Shown: positions 9,643 through 19,358, counted from the first letter of the whole stretch. The stretch: 63,271 nt of DNA, filler included, from 4 parts of 4 records of this genome joined end to end with filler, not necessarily neighbours in it, one strand, 5' to 3'. The notes: generated from the sequence alone by a model not told the origin. Numbers and translations are program-made.

Positions 9643-10680
9643 CTATAACTTATTAGCTAATTGTCCACAAGCTGCATCAATATCTTTTCCTCTTGATTTA
9701 CGAATTGTTACCGGAATTTTATTTTTCTCAAGCTTATTCACATATTCATCTATAGCTTTATTTTTTGCAGACCTAAAAAGATTATTATCGGTTGTATTGT
9801 ACTCAATAAGATTAACCTTAGAAGGTGAAGATTTGCAAAAATTAACTAGAGCATTTATATGGTCTTCATCATCATTAATTCCTTCCCAAACTATGTATTC
9901 ATAAGTTACGATTTTATTAGTTTTTAAATACCAATATTTTACAGCTTCTAAAAGATTTTCTAATGGAAATTTTTTAGAAAAAGGCATTATTTTATTTCTA
10001 GTTTTTTCTATAGCTGAGTGTAGAGAAATAGCTAAATTAAATTTTACATTGTCATCAGCCATTTTAATAATTAATTTTGATATGCCTGACGTGGATACTG
10101 TTATTCTTTTAGGTGACATACCTAAACCCTCTTTACTAGTTATTTTATCAATGCCTTTGATTACATTTTTATAGTTTAAAAGAGGCTCACCCATACCCAT
10201 AAAAACTATATTAGAGATAGGTCTATCATGATATTTTATACTTTGAGAATTTATAGTAACGGCTTGATCATAGATCTCATCTGGATTTAAATTTCTTATC
10301 CTATCCATTTTTGAAGTTGCACAAAATTCACAATCTAAACTACATCCTACTTGACTAGAAATACAAGCAGTAGTTCTTGATTTTGTAGGTATTAAAACAG
10401 ATTCTACTAAAAGATTATCATATAATGATATTGCATTTTTTATAGTTCCATCTTTACTTTTCTGTAACTTATCTATTTTAATATGATTTATGACAAATTT
10501 ACTTTTCATTAGATTTCTTAATTCTAAAGAAATATTTGTCATTTCATCAAATGATAGACAAGATTTTTTCCAAAGCCAGTTATAAACTTGGTTAGCCCTG
10601 TAGGTGGGCATATTATTAGATTTAAAAAAAGAAGTCAGCTCTTCAATTGATAAAGATCTAATATCTTTTTTTTCTTTCAT
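9643..10680 (-). CDS. rlmN: 23S rRNA m2A2503 radical SAM methyltransferase RlmN
   Basis: SSQVGCSLDCEFC, FMGMGEP, DIDAACGQL. Confidence 0.97.
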   Translation of the reverse strand: MKEKKDIRSLSIEELTSFFKSNNMPTYRANQVYNWLWKKSCLSFDEMTNISLELRNLMKSKFVINHIKIDKLQKSKDGTIKNAISLYDNLLVESVLIPTKSRTTACISSQVGCSLDCEFCATSKMDRIRNLNPDEIYDQAVTINSQSIKYHDRPISNIVFMGMGEPLLNYKNVIKGIDKITSKEGLGMSPKRITVSTSGISKLIIKMADDNVKFNLAISLHSAIEKTRNKIMPFSKKFPLENLLEAVKYWYLKTNKIVTYEYIVWEGINDDEDHINALVNFCKSSPSKVNLIEYNTTDNNLFRSAKNKAIDEYVNKLEKNKIPVTIRKSRGKDIDAACGQLANKL

Positions 10681-10689
10681 TTTAAAAAC

Positions 10690-11739
10690 TTATATAATCA
10701 ACATAGCATCTCCGTAAGAATAAAAATTATATTTTTCTTTTATTGCAACCGAGTATGCTTCTTTTATAAAATCAGGACCAGCAAAAGCTGAGGCCATCAT
10801 TAGTAATGTAGATTTAGGTGTATGAAAATTAGTGATCATAGAATCAGCAATTCTAAAATCATAAGGAGGAAAAATAAACTTATGAGTCCAGCCACTATAC
10901 GGGTTTAAAGTTCTAATAGAGGATACTGACGATTCAATTCCTCGCATTGAAGTTGTTCCAACTGCACAAATTCTTTTTTTATTTGCTTTTGCTCCATTAA
11001 TTATTTTGCAAGCCTTTTCATTTATAAATAATTCCTCAGAATCCATTTTATGTTTAGATAAATCTTCAACTTCAACTGGGTTAAAAGTTCCTAATCCAAC
11101 ATGCATAGTTATTTCTGCAATATTAATTCCTTTAATTTCTAATCTTTTTAATAAATGTTTTGAAAAATGCATTCCTGCTGTAGGGGCAGCAACTGCACCT
11201 TCATGTTTTGCATATATAGTTTGATATCTTACTTTATCAAAACTCTCTTCCTCTCTTTTAATAAATTTTGGTAAAGGAGTTTGACCTAATTCAAATAGAG
11301 CTTTTCTGAACTCATCATAAGAACCATCGTATAAAAATCTTAATGTTCTTCCTCTTGAAGTAGTATTATCAATAACCTCAGCAACTAGATTATCATCATC
11401 ACCAAAATATAATTTGTTACCAATTCTAATTTTTCTTGCTGGGTCAACTAAAACATCCCATAATCTTTGGTCATCACTTAATTCTCTTAAAAGAAAAACT
11501 TCAATTCTTGCACCAGTTTTTTCTTTATTCCCAATCAATCTAGCGGGAAATACCTTAGTATTATTAAAAACAAAAGCATCTCCTTCATCAAAATAATTGA
11601 CAACATCTTTAAAGGTTTTGTGCTCAATAGTTTCTTTTTTTCTATCCAGGACCATTAGTCTGGATTCGTCTCGATGATCTGCAGGGTATTCAGCTAAGCG
11701 TTCTTCAGGAAGATCAAAATTAAATTGTGAAAGTTTCAT
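10690..11739 (-). CDS. queA: SAM:tRNA ribosyltransferase-isomerase QueA (likely start 11739)
   Basis: [38 protein letters not shown]. Confidence 0.96.
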   Translation of the reverse strand: MKLSQFNFDLPEERLAEYPADHRDESRLMVLDRKKETIEHKTFKDVVNYFDEGDAFVFNNTKVFPARLIGNKEKTGARIEVFLLRELSDDQRLWDVLVDPARKIRIGNKLYFGDDDNLVAEVIDNTTSRGRTLRFLYDGSYDEFRKALFELGQTPLPKFIKREEESFDKVRYQTIYAKHEGAVAAPTAGMHFSKHLLKRLEIKGINIAEITMHVGLGTFNPVEVEDLSKHKMDSEELFINEKACKIINGAKANKKRICAVGTTSMRGIESSVSSIRTLNPYSGWTHKFIFPPYDFRIADSMITNFHTPKSTLLMMASAFAGPDFIKEAYSVAIKEKYNFYSYGDAMLII

Positions 11740-11810
11740 ATTGTTATTTAAAGTTTGCAAATATACATTTATGCATACCCCTATGTCAAGTATATTTGCA
11801 ATTAATTAAA

Positions 11811-13043
11811 TTAAAGTTGTGAAATATTAAAGTCCAAGCTTTTTAAATCTTTCCAAAAATCCTTGTATGATTTTGTAACTACCTCTGGATTTTTGATTGT
11901 TAATGGAGTCTTTAAAGCCAGAGGAGCAAATGCCATTGCCATTCTATGGTCATTATAAGTTTTAATTGAAATACCAGTGTTTATTGAAAAAGAAGGAGAT
12001 AAATGAAAACTGTTATTAGTGATTTTTACAATTGCCCCCAGTTTAGATAACTCAGTTTTTAAAGCTTCTAATCTATCAGTTTCTTTAATTTTTAAAGTAT
12101 GTAATCCAAAAAGATCACAACTAATTCCTAATCCAAAACACGTAACTGCAATAGTTTGAGCAATGTCTGGATTTTCTGTTAGATCAAGATCAATATGATC
12201 TGGCCTATTAAAATCATTAATTTTTTTTAATGAGACTCTTGATGAAGATTCTATAAACTTTGTTTCAACGCCAAGTTTTGTATATATTTCACTCAACCTA
12301 ATATCACCTTGAATTGACGATTTGTAAAATGTACCGATATTTAATTCAGATGAACTAGAAAGAGCTACAGTACTATAAAAGTATGACAACGAACTCCAAT
12401 CAGATTCAATTGAAATTGAAGAATTGTTAATTGTTGCACAAGATTCAATTGAAATAATATTATTTTTGAAATAACAATTAATTCCAATTTTTTTGAGAAT
12501 CGCCAATGTCATTTCTAAATAAGGCTTTGAAGTTATTTGTCCCTCAAGATTGATTAATAAACCTTTTTTTAAAATAGGTGCAATAAGCATTAAGGCAGAA
12601 ATATATTGACTACTAATTTGAGAACTCAAACTTATCTCTCCACCAACTATGTCTTGGCCTTTTATCATTAAAGGAGGATATCCATTTTTATCACAATATG
12701 AAATGTTGGCACCTAATTTATTAAGAGCATCAACTAAGATTTTAATTGGCCTTTCCTTCATTCTATTTGACCCAGTAATTACAAACTGTTTGTTAGTTTT
12801 TATCGACAACAAAGCTGTTAAAAAACGCATAGCAGTACCTGCATGGTGAACATCAATCTGATTTTCTAAGCTGGTGATGTATTTATCTAATATAACTGTG
12901 TCATCAGAATTAGATAAATTATCGATTTTTAAATTTCCGTAAATTGAATTTAAAATTAATAACCTATTTGATTCACTCTTAGAACCTGAAATTTCAAATG
13001 AATTTGAAAAACTATTATTATTATGACTAATCAAATAACTCAT
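11811..13043 (-). CDS. aroA: EPSP synthase
   Basis: GSKSESNR, AGTAMRF, SSQYISAL, KETDR, DHRMAM. Confidence 0.96.
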   Translation of the reverse strand: MSYLISHNNNSFSNSFEISGSKSESNRLLILNSIYGNLKIDNLSNSDDTVILDKYITSLENQIDVHHAGTAMRFLTALLSIKTNKQFVITGSNRMKERPIKILVDALNKLGANISYCDKNGYPPLMIKGQDIVGGEISLSSQISSQYISALMLIAPILKKGLLINLEGQITSKPYLEMTLAILKKIGINCYFKNNIISIESCATINNSSISIESDWSSLSYFYSTVALSSSSELNIGTFYKSSIQGDIRLSEIYTKLGVETKFIESSSRVSLKKINDFNRPDHIDLDLTENPDIAQTIAVTCFGLGISCDLFGLHTLKIKETDRLEALKTELSKLGAIVKITNNSFHLSPSFSINTGISIKTYNDHRMAMAFAPLALKTPLTIKNPEVVTKSYKDFWKDLKSLDFNISQL

Positions 13044-13046
13044 AAA

Positions 13047-13373
13047 TTATCTAAGCTTTGGATTGTTCTTATGTCTTGAATGATCTCTTTTAGACTTTAA
13101 TTCTATTTTTTTATTAAATGAAGTGTCCAAGTCAATTCCTGTTTGATTAGCTAAACAAAAAACAACAAAAAGAACATCAGAAAGCTCTTCTCCTAAATCA
13201 ATTTTTTTATCAGATTCTTTTGCTGATTGTTCACCAAATTTTCGAGAGATAACTCTAGCTACTTCACCTACTTCCTCAGTTAATTGAGCCATATTTGTTA
13301 GTGGATCAAAATAACGAACACCATGTTCATTTATCCAATTGTCTACTTTTCTTTGTAATGATTTAAGTTCCAT
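13047..13373 (-). CDS. MazG-like nucleotide pyrophosphohydrolase
   Basis: LTEEVGEVAR...EELSDVLF. Confidence 0.9.
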   Translation of the reverse strand: MELKSLQRKVDNWINEHGVRYFDPLTNMAQLTEEVGEVARVISRKFGEQSAKESDKKIDLGEELSDVLFVVFCLANQTGIDLDTSFNKKIELKSKRDHSRHKNNPKLR

Positions 13374-13377
13374 AATT

Positions 13378-13830
13378 TTATTCTTTATTTTTAGAATCTA
13401 TAAATATAGTTACTGGCCCATCATTTTCAATTTTAACAAGCATTTCTGCACCAAAAACTCCTGAAAAAGGATTCTTTTTAATTTTTTGTTTTATTAAATC
13501 TAAAAACTCTTGATATATTTTTAATGCTAATTTGCTTTTAGCAGCTTTTATATAAGACGGTCTATTCCCTTTTTTTGTGGATGCATGAAGAGTAAATTGA
13601 CTTACAACAAGAATATCCCCATCAACATCAATTAAAGATTTGTTCATAATATTATTTTCATCATCAAAAATTCTCAATTGAGTAACTTTGTTACAAAGCC
13701 AATCAATATCATTAGAAGTATCATTATTTTCAATTCCTAAAAACAAAACTATTCCCTTTTCAATTGAAGATATTTTTCTTCCATCTACACTTACACTTCC
13801 TTTTTTAACTCTTTGAATAATAACTCTCAT
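13378..13830 (-). CDS. dtd: D-aminoacyl-tRNA deacylase
   Basis: MRVIIQRV, SQFTL, KGNRPS, NDGPVT. Confidence 0.97.
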   Translation of the reverse strand: MRVIIQRVKKGSVSVDGRKISSIEKGIVLFLGIENNDTSNDIDWLCNKVTQLRIFDDENNIMNKSLIDVDGDILVVSQFTLHASTKKGNRPSYIKAAKSKLALKIYQEFLDLIKQKIKKNPFSGVFGAEMLVKIENDGPVTIFIDSKNKE

Positions 13831-14411
13831 TATTTATAATTATCAGTTCTAAAGTTATTATCATCACTATTTAATAAGCTCAAATAATTATTATATCTAG
13901 ATTTAGAAATTTCATTTTTATAAACAGCTGTTTTTATAGCACAATTTGGTTCGTTGTCGTGAAGACAATTATTGAATTTGCATTTTTGACTTAATTTTGC
14001 TATTTCATTAAAATATCCACCAATTTCATTTTTATCAATATCAATCAATCCGAAACCTTTTATACCTGGACTATCAATTATTTTTGCTCCATCATTTAAA
14101 TCAAACATTTCAGCGAATGTTGTAGTATGTTGTCCTTGTTCATTTTGTTCGGATACAATTGATGTCCTCAAATTCAAATTAGAATCTAATTTATTTAAAA
14201 GACTAGATTTCCCTACTCCGCTATGACCAGTAAAAACAGAAACTTTGTTCTTCATAAAACTCTTGACCAAATCAATATTAGTTCCTTTCTTAACTGAAAT
14301 TCTTAGGGTTTTATAACCAGCATTGGTATAAATATCATTTAAGTTATTTATCGATTCATAATCTTCATCACTATAAATATCTGTTTTATTGAACAAAATG
14401 ATGGTTTCAAT
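13830..14411 (-). CDS. rsgA: Ribosome small subunit GTPase RsgA (5' end lost at contig end)
   Basis: NKTD, GHSGVGKSS, GQHTTT, DSPG, CKFNNCLH..EPNC. Confidence 0.95.
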   Translation of the reverse strand: METIILFNKTDIYSDEDYESINNLNDIYTNAGYKTLRISVKKGTNIDLVKSFMKNKVSVFTGHSGVGKSSLLNKLDSNLNLRTSIVSEQNEQGQHTTTFAEMFDLNDGAKIIDSPGIKGFGLIDIDKNEIGGYFNEIAKLSQKCKFNNCLHDNEPNCAIKTAVYKNEISKSRYNNYLSLLNSDDNNFRTDNYK

Positions 14412-14511
14412 NNNNNNNNNNNNNNNNNNNNNNNNNNNNNNNNNNNNNNNNNNNNTTAATTAATTAANNNNNNNNNNNNNNNNNNNNNNNNNNNNNNNNN
14501 NNNNNNNNNNN
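14412..14511. other. Artificial contig spacer
   Basis: N44-TTAATTAATTAA-N44 (stop codons in all six frames). Confidence 0.98.
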
Positions 14512-15089
14512 CTAGAACTTCCTATATCTTCTTTTCTTACTATATTTTGATTTGATTCATTTCTTCGATAATTTGGAATATTATGATTAGGTAATCTATT
14601 CCAACTATAACCACTGAAGTATCCATTCCAACTATTAAAATTCCATGAGTTATTCCACCTCCAAGAATTTCTATACCATTGATCATTATTCCAGATATTA
14701 GCTAACCCTAACATATCTTGATTTCTAAAACCATTCCAAATGTAAAATGGATAATTCATATTCCAATCGAACCACATTTTAGGTGCGTTGAGGTACATGT
14801 CAATTGGTGATGCTCCACTTCTCCAACCTCCCAAGTAGTTGTAGTTTCTATAATACCAACCAATATCTTGGTTTTGTGCAAACCATGTAAAATCTTGACG
14901 AAAACTCCAATCGTTACGAAGTTTTCTTGCAAAATCCCAATCATTATCGATTATATCAAATTTTATAGTTTGAGTAGAATATAATCCATCATTAGATACT
15001 TCATTATTTGACTTAGAGGTATTCATCTTAGTAGAACTACATGAAGTTAAAATCCAAAAAATAGGTAAAATATAAAGTAATTTTTTCAT
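14512..15089 (-). CDS. Trp/Asn/Tyr-rich lipoprotein of unknown function (3' truncated)
   Basis: MKKLLYILPIFWILTSC lipobox; aromatic low-complexity body; frame runs into the gap. Confidence 0.75.
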
Positions 15090-15340
15090 GAAGTTATATT
15101 GTTAATTACAATCAAATATAGTAATTAATTTTTAAAAAAAAATTAATTTTCACCTATAGATTTTTATGATTAGAGATTAATAAAAACAATATTTTGGTAG
15201 ATAATATTATATTGTTGTAATTAGATTTAACAGAGGTTGGATTTTATAATAATATTTTGGTGAGTAATGGTCACCAAATTTATTTAAAACACTAAATTTT
15301 TAATAATTAAGTATTTGATTATCAATTATTTAACTATATA

Positions 15341-15363
15341 GTTCAAATACTGTCATCCCGACT
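15341..15363 (+). mobile_element. tRNA-Pro 3'-end fragment, putative att site at an island boundary
   Basis: GTTCAAATACTGTCATCCCGACT resembles the T-loop/acceptor end of Bacteroidetes tRNA-Pro (GTTCGAATCCTGTCATCCCGAC). No 5' half upstream; followed by a terminator. Confidence 0.72.
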
Positions 15364-15368
15364 AAAAT

Positions 15369-15398
15369 AAAAAAGGACGTCGTTAGACGTCCTTTTTT
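15369..15398. terminator. Bidirectional intrinsic terminator
   Basis: AAAAAAGGACGTC-GTTA-GACGTCCTTTTTT. Confidence 0.9.
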
Positions 15399-15436
15399 AT
15401 TTCTTATTGATATAAATTTTAATGCCAAGGTGATAA

Positions 15437-16387
15437 CTATTGAAGGGAATTTATAAAGTGGGATATTTCTATAATGAGTTGCGAATCAATAGCAATGTTT
15501 GGATCGTTATAAGTAGCGATGTTTTTAGAACGTTCCAACCCAGCAGGTTTTAAAATGTGGTTCATTCCATTAATTAATATTTTCGAGGCATCTGGTTTAG
15601 CGTTGTGTAATAATTCAGCTTCATTTGTGCCTACTTGAATGTCTTGGGTTCCTTGAATAATTAGTACAGGAATTTTTAATTTCTGAATTTCTTCTTGAGG
15701 GTTAACAGCAAACCAGGAAATTAAATAAGGTTGTACAGAGGGTCTGAAAAGTGCGTATAACATTGGAGGAACTTCTGCTACTATTTTACCAGTTTCCAGT
15801 GAATCTAGTATGGTTCCGGAAATTTTTTGGATAAATTCTGGTTGGGCAGCCAATTGTTCTCTGATAATATCTGCCGCTTTGTTGCCTACTCCTGCTAATG
15901 ATACATAAGCTTGAACTTCGCTAATTTGAGAAGCTAATACACCAATTAAAGCCCCTTCACTGTGACCAATGATAGCTAGAGACCCAAACCTTTGGTCCTT
16001 ATTTAGGTAAGCTATCCAGGCAGATGCGTCGGATACAAAATCTTTAAAACGAATGTTTTTTTCATTAAGGGAATCTATTTTACTTGTTCCTACGCCTCTC
16101 TTGTCGTACCTCAAAGAGGCTATGCCATTTTCTGCCAAGCCCTCTGCCAGCATTTTTAGGGAATTATTAGTCATTAGGGGGTTATTACCGTTCCGATCTG
16201 TAGGGCCAGATCCAGCTATAATTAGAGCAAGAGGCAACTTCTGACTGGTGAAAATTAATGAATCTGGTAAGCGTAAAGCACCTTCTAATTGTCCATTAGA
16301 CAGCTGTAAATGCTTTATTTCTTCATAGTTTTGCGCATTTGAAACCAGTCCAAAGGCACAAATATATATGAGTATAAAATATTTCAT
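15437..16387 (-). CDS. Secreted alpha/beta hydrolase
   Basis: Signal peptide; AGSGPTDRNGN, RYDKRG, GHSEG, GMNHILK. Confidence 0.88.
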   Translation of the reverse strand: MKYFILIYICAFGLVSNAQNYEEIKHLQLSNGQLEGALRLPDSLIFTSQKLPLALIIAGSGPTDRNGNNPLMTNNSLKMLAEGLAENGIASLRYDKRGVGTSKIDSLNEKNIRFKDFVSDASAWIAYLNKDQRFGSLAIIGHSEGALIGVLASQISEVQAYVSLAGVGNKAADIIREQLAAQPEFIQKISGTILDSLETGKIVAEVPPMLYALFRPSVQPYLISWFAVNPQEEIQKLKIPVLIIQGTQDIQVGTNEAELLHNAKPDASKILINGMNHILKPAGLERSKNIATYNDPNIAIDSQLIIEISHFINSLQ

Positions 16388-16848
16388 AATTGTGCAAGGA
16401 AATTCTTTAAAGCAGTTGGCTTTTGTGTGCCAATCAGGAGTTTTTTTCCGCTTTTTAACTCTAAAGCCAGCCCCATACGCCCCCTGATATTATAAACGGT
16501 ACCATAGGAGGTAAAAAGCCTAATTCCCCAACCACCAACAAAACCGTAGTCTATCACTTTTGCAGAAGCAACTTCTGCCCATGGTATGCTTTTTTTTACA
16601 AGTGGAGAAAAATATAAATCAATGTTATCAGAATCTATGGTGGTTGTTAAACGCAAACTTCTTAGAAATAGTGCCAGCCCTAAGAGGGGTATAAAAACCA
16701 GAGAGAGCCCTTTGTTGCTCATAGGCTTATTGCCAAAAGGCAGTCCGGTGTAGCTTTGGTAAAATATGGCTACTAAGGGTAGCAGGGTTACTACGTAAAT
16801 AATTGCCCACACCCACCATTGGTTAAAACATTGTTTTTCTTGAAACAT
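16384..16848 (-). CDS. Membrane protein (DUF6141-like)
   Basis: Two TM helices; GGWGIR..YN..G..GL.L..K.GKKLLIGTQKP. Confidence 0.7.
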   Translation of the reverse strand: MFQEKQCFNQWWVWAIIYVVTLLPLVAIFYQSYTGLPFGNKPMSNKGLSLVFIPLLGLALFLRSLRLTTTIDSDNIDLYFSPLVKKSIPWAEVASAKVIDYGFVGGWGIRLFTSYGTVYNIRGRMGLALELKSGKKLLIGTQKPTALKNFLAQL

Positions 16849-16908
16849 AGAATTGATTATGTTTATTAAAGATCTAAAAAATCTTTGAAAAAAAACGATT
16901 TGACCTGT

Positions 16909-16922
16909 GTAACATTGGTTAC
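16909..16922. promoter_or_regulatory. Palindromic operator GTAAC-N4-GTTAC (copy 1)
   Basis: GTAACattgGTTAC, 22 nt upstream of a TAATTTTG -7 box (16945-16952). Confidence 0.7.
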
Positions 16923-16965
16923 TTTTTAATCTTTTGTTTTGAATTAATTTTGGTCAAACAAGTAA

Positions 16966-17037
16966 ATGGACAGACTTGTGATTATAATTTGGTTGGTTAA
17001 TCAAGAGCAGTGGTTTTGCTGCTGCTCTTTTTTTTAA
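16966..17037 (+). other. 23-codon leader ORF (MDRLVIIIWLVNQEQWFCCCSFF) or small RNA
   Basis: Lies between a TAnnTTTG promoter and an intrinsic terminator that overlaps its 3' end. Confidence 0.5.
17003..17035 (+). terminator. Intrinsic terminator upstream of the rhodanese gene
   Basis: AAGAGCAGTGG-TTTTG-CTGCTGCTCTT, 11-bp stem with two G-U pairs, then a T run. Confidence 0.8.
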
Positions 17038-17103
17038 ATTATTTTAACAGCTTATCAATAGGATAAGTGCAACATCTTTTTCATCAATTATAAAAAAATT
17101 AAT

Positions 17104-17445
17104 ATGTCATTCTTAAGTAAACTATTCGGATCAAGCGCTTCTTCAAACCATATAAAGGTACTCGGAATAGAAGCTTTTAAATTAGGAATTGCGAGTAATG
17201 GCACGCAGCTTATAGATGTTCGAACAGCTTCTGAGTTTAAATCAGGTGCGATTGTAAATGCCAAAAACATTAACTTTTTTAATAGACCAGCTATGGAGAT
17301 CGCTTTTAAAAAATTAGATCCAACCAAACCAGTGTATCTTTATTGTAGGTCCGGCAATAGGAGTGGGAAAGTAGCTAATTTATTAGTTAAAATGGGCTTT
17401 ACTGAAATCTATGATCTCAAGGGAGGCTATACCTCCTGGAGGTAA
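17104..17445 (+). CDS. Rhodanese-like sulfurtransferase
   Basis: LIDVRT, YCRSGNRS active-site loop, YDLKGG. Confidence 0.93.
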   Translation: MSFLSKLFGSSASSNHIKVLGIEAFKLGIASNGTQLIDVRTASEFKSGAIVNAKNINFFNRPAMEIAFKKLDPTKPVYLYCRSGNRSGKVANLLVKMGFTEIYDLKGGYTSWR

Positions 17446-17526
17446 CCAGATGTTTAAATCACTACAGTTTATGTTTGAAATTTAAGATGCTATCTTTATG
17501 TATGGCCTAGGTTGGCTACTTCTTAT

Positions 17527-17540
17527 GTAACAAATGTTAC
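17527..17540. promoter_or_regulatory. Palindromic operator GTAAC-N4-GTTAC (copy 2)
   Basis: GTAACaaatGTTAC, 53 nt upstream of the SQR start. Confidence 0.7.
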
Positions 17541-17593
17541 TAACTTAAATGATTGAGGTGCTTATATTTAGAATCTAATCAATAAACCAAACC

Positions 17594-18856
17594 ATGGACA
17601 AACAACATCAGATAGTCATTATTGGCGGTGGAACTGCTGGTATAATGACTGCTACCCAATTGCTTAAAAAAAACGCTTCATTAGATATTGCTATTATTGA
17701 TCCTGCGGAAACGCATTATTATCAGCCAGCTTGGACTTTAGTAGGTGCAGGTGCATATGATTATAAAAACACAGCCAGATCTATGGCCAGTTTAATTCCT
17801 AAAAGTGTTACATGGGTCAAGGATTTTGTCACTTCTTTTCAGGCAGATGAGCATACTATAGATACTGAGAATTCTGGAAAAATAGGATATGAATTTTTAG
17901 TAGTTGCACCTGGATTAGTGATGGACCCCTCTTTAATCGAGGGCTTAACAGAAGCCATGGAAAAAGGCATTGTCTGTTCTAATTATACCAATCCTGAACA
18001 CACTTGGGAAACCATTAAGAATTTTAAGGGGGGTAACGCGTTGTTTACTCAGCCCACTACGCCTATTAAGTGCGGTGGTGCTCCGCAAAAAATCGCCTAT
18101 TTAGCAGCAGATTACTTTAGAAAATCCGGCGTAGCTAAAAAGACCAATGTCATATTTGCTACTCCAGGATCCGTTATTTTTGGTGTTCCTGTAATTAAGG
18201 ACACACTCATGAAAGTTATTGAGCGTTACGGGATTCATTTCAAACCTTTTTACGCCCCTTTTAAGATAGATGCAGATAAAAAATTAGCCTATTTTAAACA
18301 TACTGCAGATGGAGAGAACCAATGTGTAATTAACGAAGGAAATGAATTGGGAGAAAAAATGAGTGGAGATGCTATTATAGAAATTCCATTTGACATGCTT
18401 CATATTGCCCCTCCTCAAACAGCGCCAAAATTTGTAAAGGAATCTAATCTGGTAAATGATTCAGGTTGGTTGGCAGTAGATCATGGGAGTATGCAACACA
18501 ATACCTACAAAAACATATTTGGACTTGGAGATGTTGCGGGTTTACCAACAGCTAAAACAGGAGCTGCCATTAGAAAACAGGTGCCTATAGTCGTAGATAA
18601 TTTAATGATGTTACTTTCACACAAAGAAGCTACTAATAAATCCTACAATGGCTATTCTTCCTGTCCTTTGGTCACTGGATACGGTAAAATGGTTTTGGCT
18701 GAATTTGATTACAAAAATAATTTTATTCCAGATCCAAAATTAAAGCAGTTATTGATAAGAGATTCCTCTAAAGAACATTGGAGGTTATGGATGCTAAAAA
18801 AATATATGTTGCCTTATCTGTATTGGAATAAGATGATGAAAGGCGAAAATGTTTAA
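17594..18856 (+). CDS. sqr: Sulfide:quinone oxidoreductase (type II-like)
   Basis: GGGTAG, HYYQPAWTLVG, KCGGAPQK, KTGAA, YSSCPLVT; both redox Cys present. Confidence 0.88.
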   Translation: MDKQHQIVIIGGGTAGIMTATQLLKKNASLDIAIIDPAETHYYQPAWTLVGAGAYDYKNTARSMASLIPKSVTWVKDFVTSFQADEHTIDTENSGKIGYEFLVVAPGLVMDPSLIEGLTEAMEKGIVCSNYTNPEHTWETIKNFKGGNALFTQPTTPIKCGGAPQKIAYLAADYFRKSGVAKKTNVIFATPGSVIFGVPVIKDTLMKVIERYGIHFKPFYAPFKIDADKKLAYFKHTADGENQCVINEGNELGEKMSGDAIIEIPFDMLHIAPPQTAPKFVKESNLVNDSGWLAVDHGSMQHNTYKNIFGLGDVAGLPTAKTGAAIRKQVPIVVDNLMMLLSHKEATNKSYNGYSSCPLVTGYGKMVLAEFDYKNNFIPDPKLKQLLIRDSSKEHWRLWMLKKYMLPYLYWNKMMKGENV

Positions 18857-18863
18857 GATTATT

Positions 18864-18896
18864 AAAAAAGGCGGACCAACGGTCCGCATTTTTTTT
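18864..18896. terminator. Bidirectional terminator
   Basis: A6-G-GCGGACC-AAC-GGTCCGC-A-T8 between convergent genes. Confidence 0.85.
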
Positions 18897-18914
18897 GAAT
18901 AATAATATTTATTC

Positions 18915-19358
18915 CTAGGGATTCATTTTTTTGTAATGCGATTCCTTTTCCTCAGTGTAATTCTTGGTGTATTTTTTAAAAATCTTCTGAGTGGTGTTAT
19001 GTGAAAGTTGCTCCAGAAATTCTATGTGATCAGAAGCTTGTTCTGGATAGTATTTATACGTCCACCTCATTACCTCTAATTGAATGGTATATAACTCCAA
19101 TCCTTTTTCAGTTAAAAAATAATACTTGGTTTTTCTATTATCTGCAGCGTGGTAAAAAGAAATAGTATGATTAATGCTCAAGCTTTTGAGCCTGTCTGCT
19201 AAAATATTTGTGGCTACCCCTTCTTTAGAAAGCCTCATTTCTGTGAAGGTTTTTTTTCCTTCCATCAAGTCTCTGACGATTAACAAAGACCACTTATCAC
19301 CAATAATATCCAAGCCTGTGGCTAAACCACAGTTAGATCTAAATGTTGAATTACTCAT
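18915..19358 (-). CDS. HxlR-family winged-helix regulator
   Basis: RSNC..LDIIGDKWSLLIVRDL, ILADRLKSL, YFLTEKG; N-terminal Cys. Confidence 0.9.
   Translation of the reverse strand: MSNSTFRSNCGLATGLDIIGDKWSLLIVRDLMEGKKTFTEMRLSKEGVATNILADRLKSLSINHTISFYHAADNRKTKYYFLTEKGLELYTIQLEVMRWTYKYYPEQASDHIEFLEQLSHNTTQKIFKKYTKNYTEEKESHYKKMNP

Noticed and set aside
14456-14467. TTAATTAATTAA palindrome occurring three times
   Set aside because: Synthetic linker inside the N runs.
17471-17530. Short frame reading ...AIFMYGLGWLLLM, like a YeeE/YedE fragment
   Set aside because: Too short and interrupted by a stop; cannot be told from chance.
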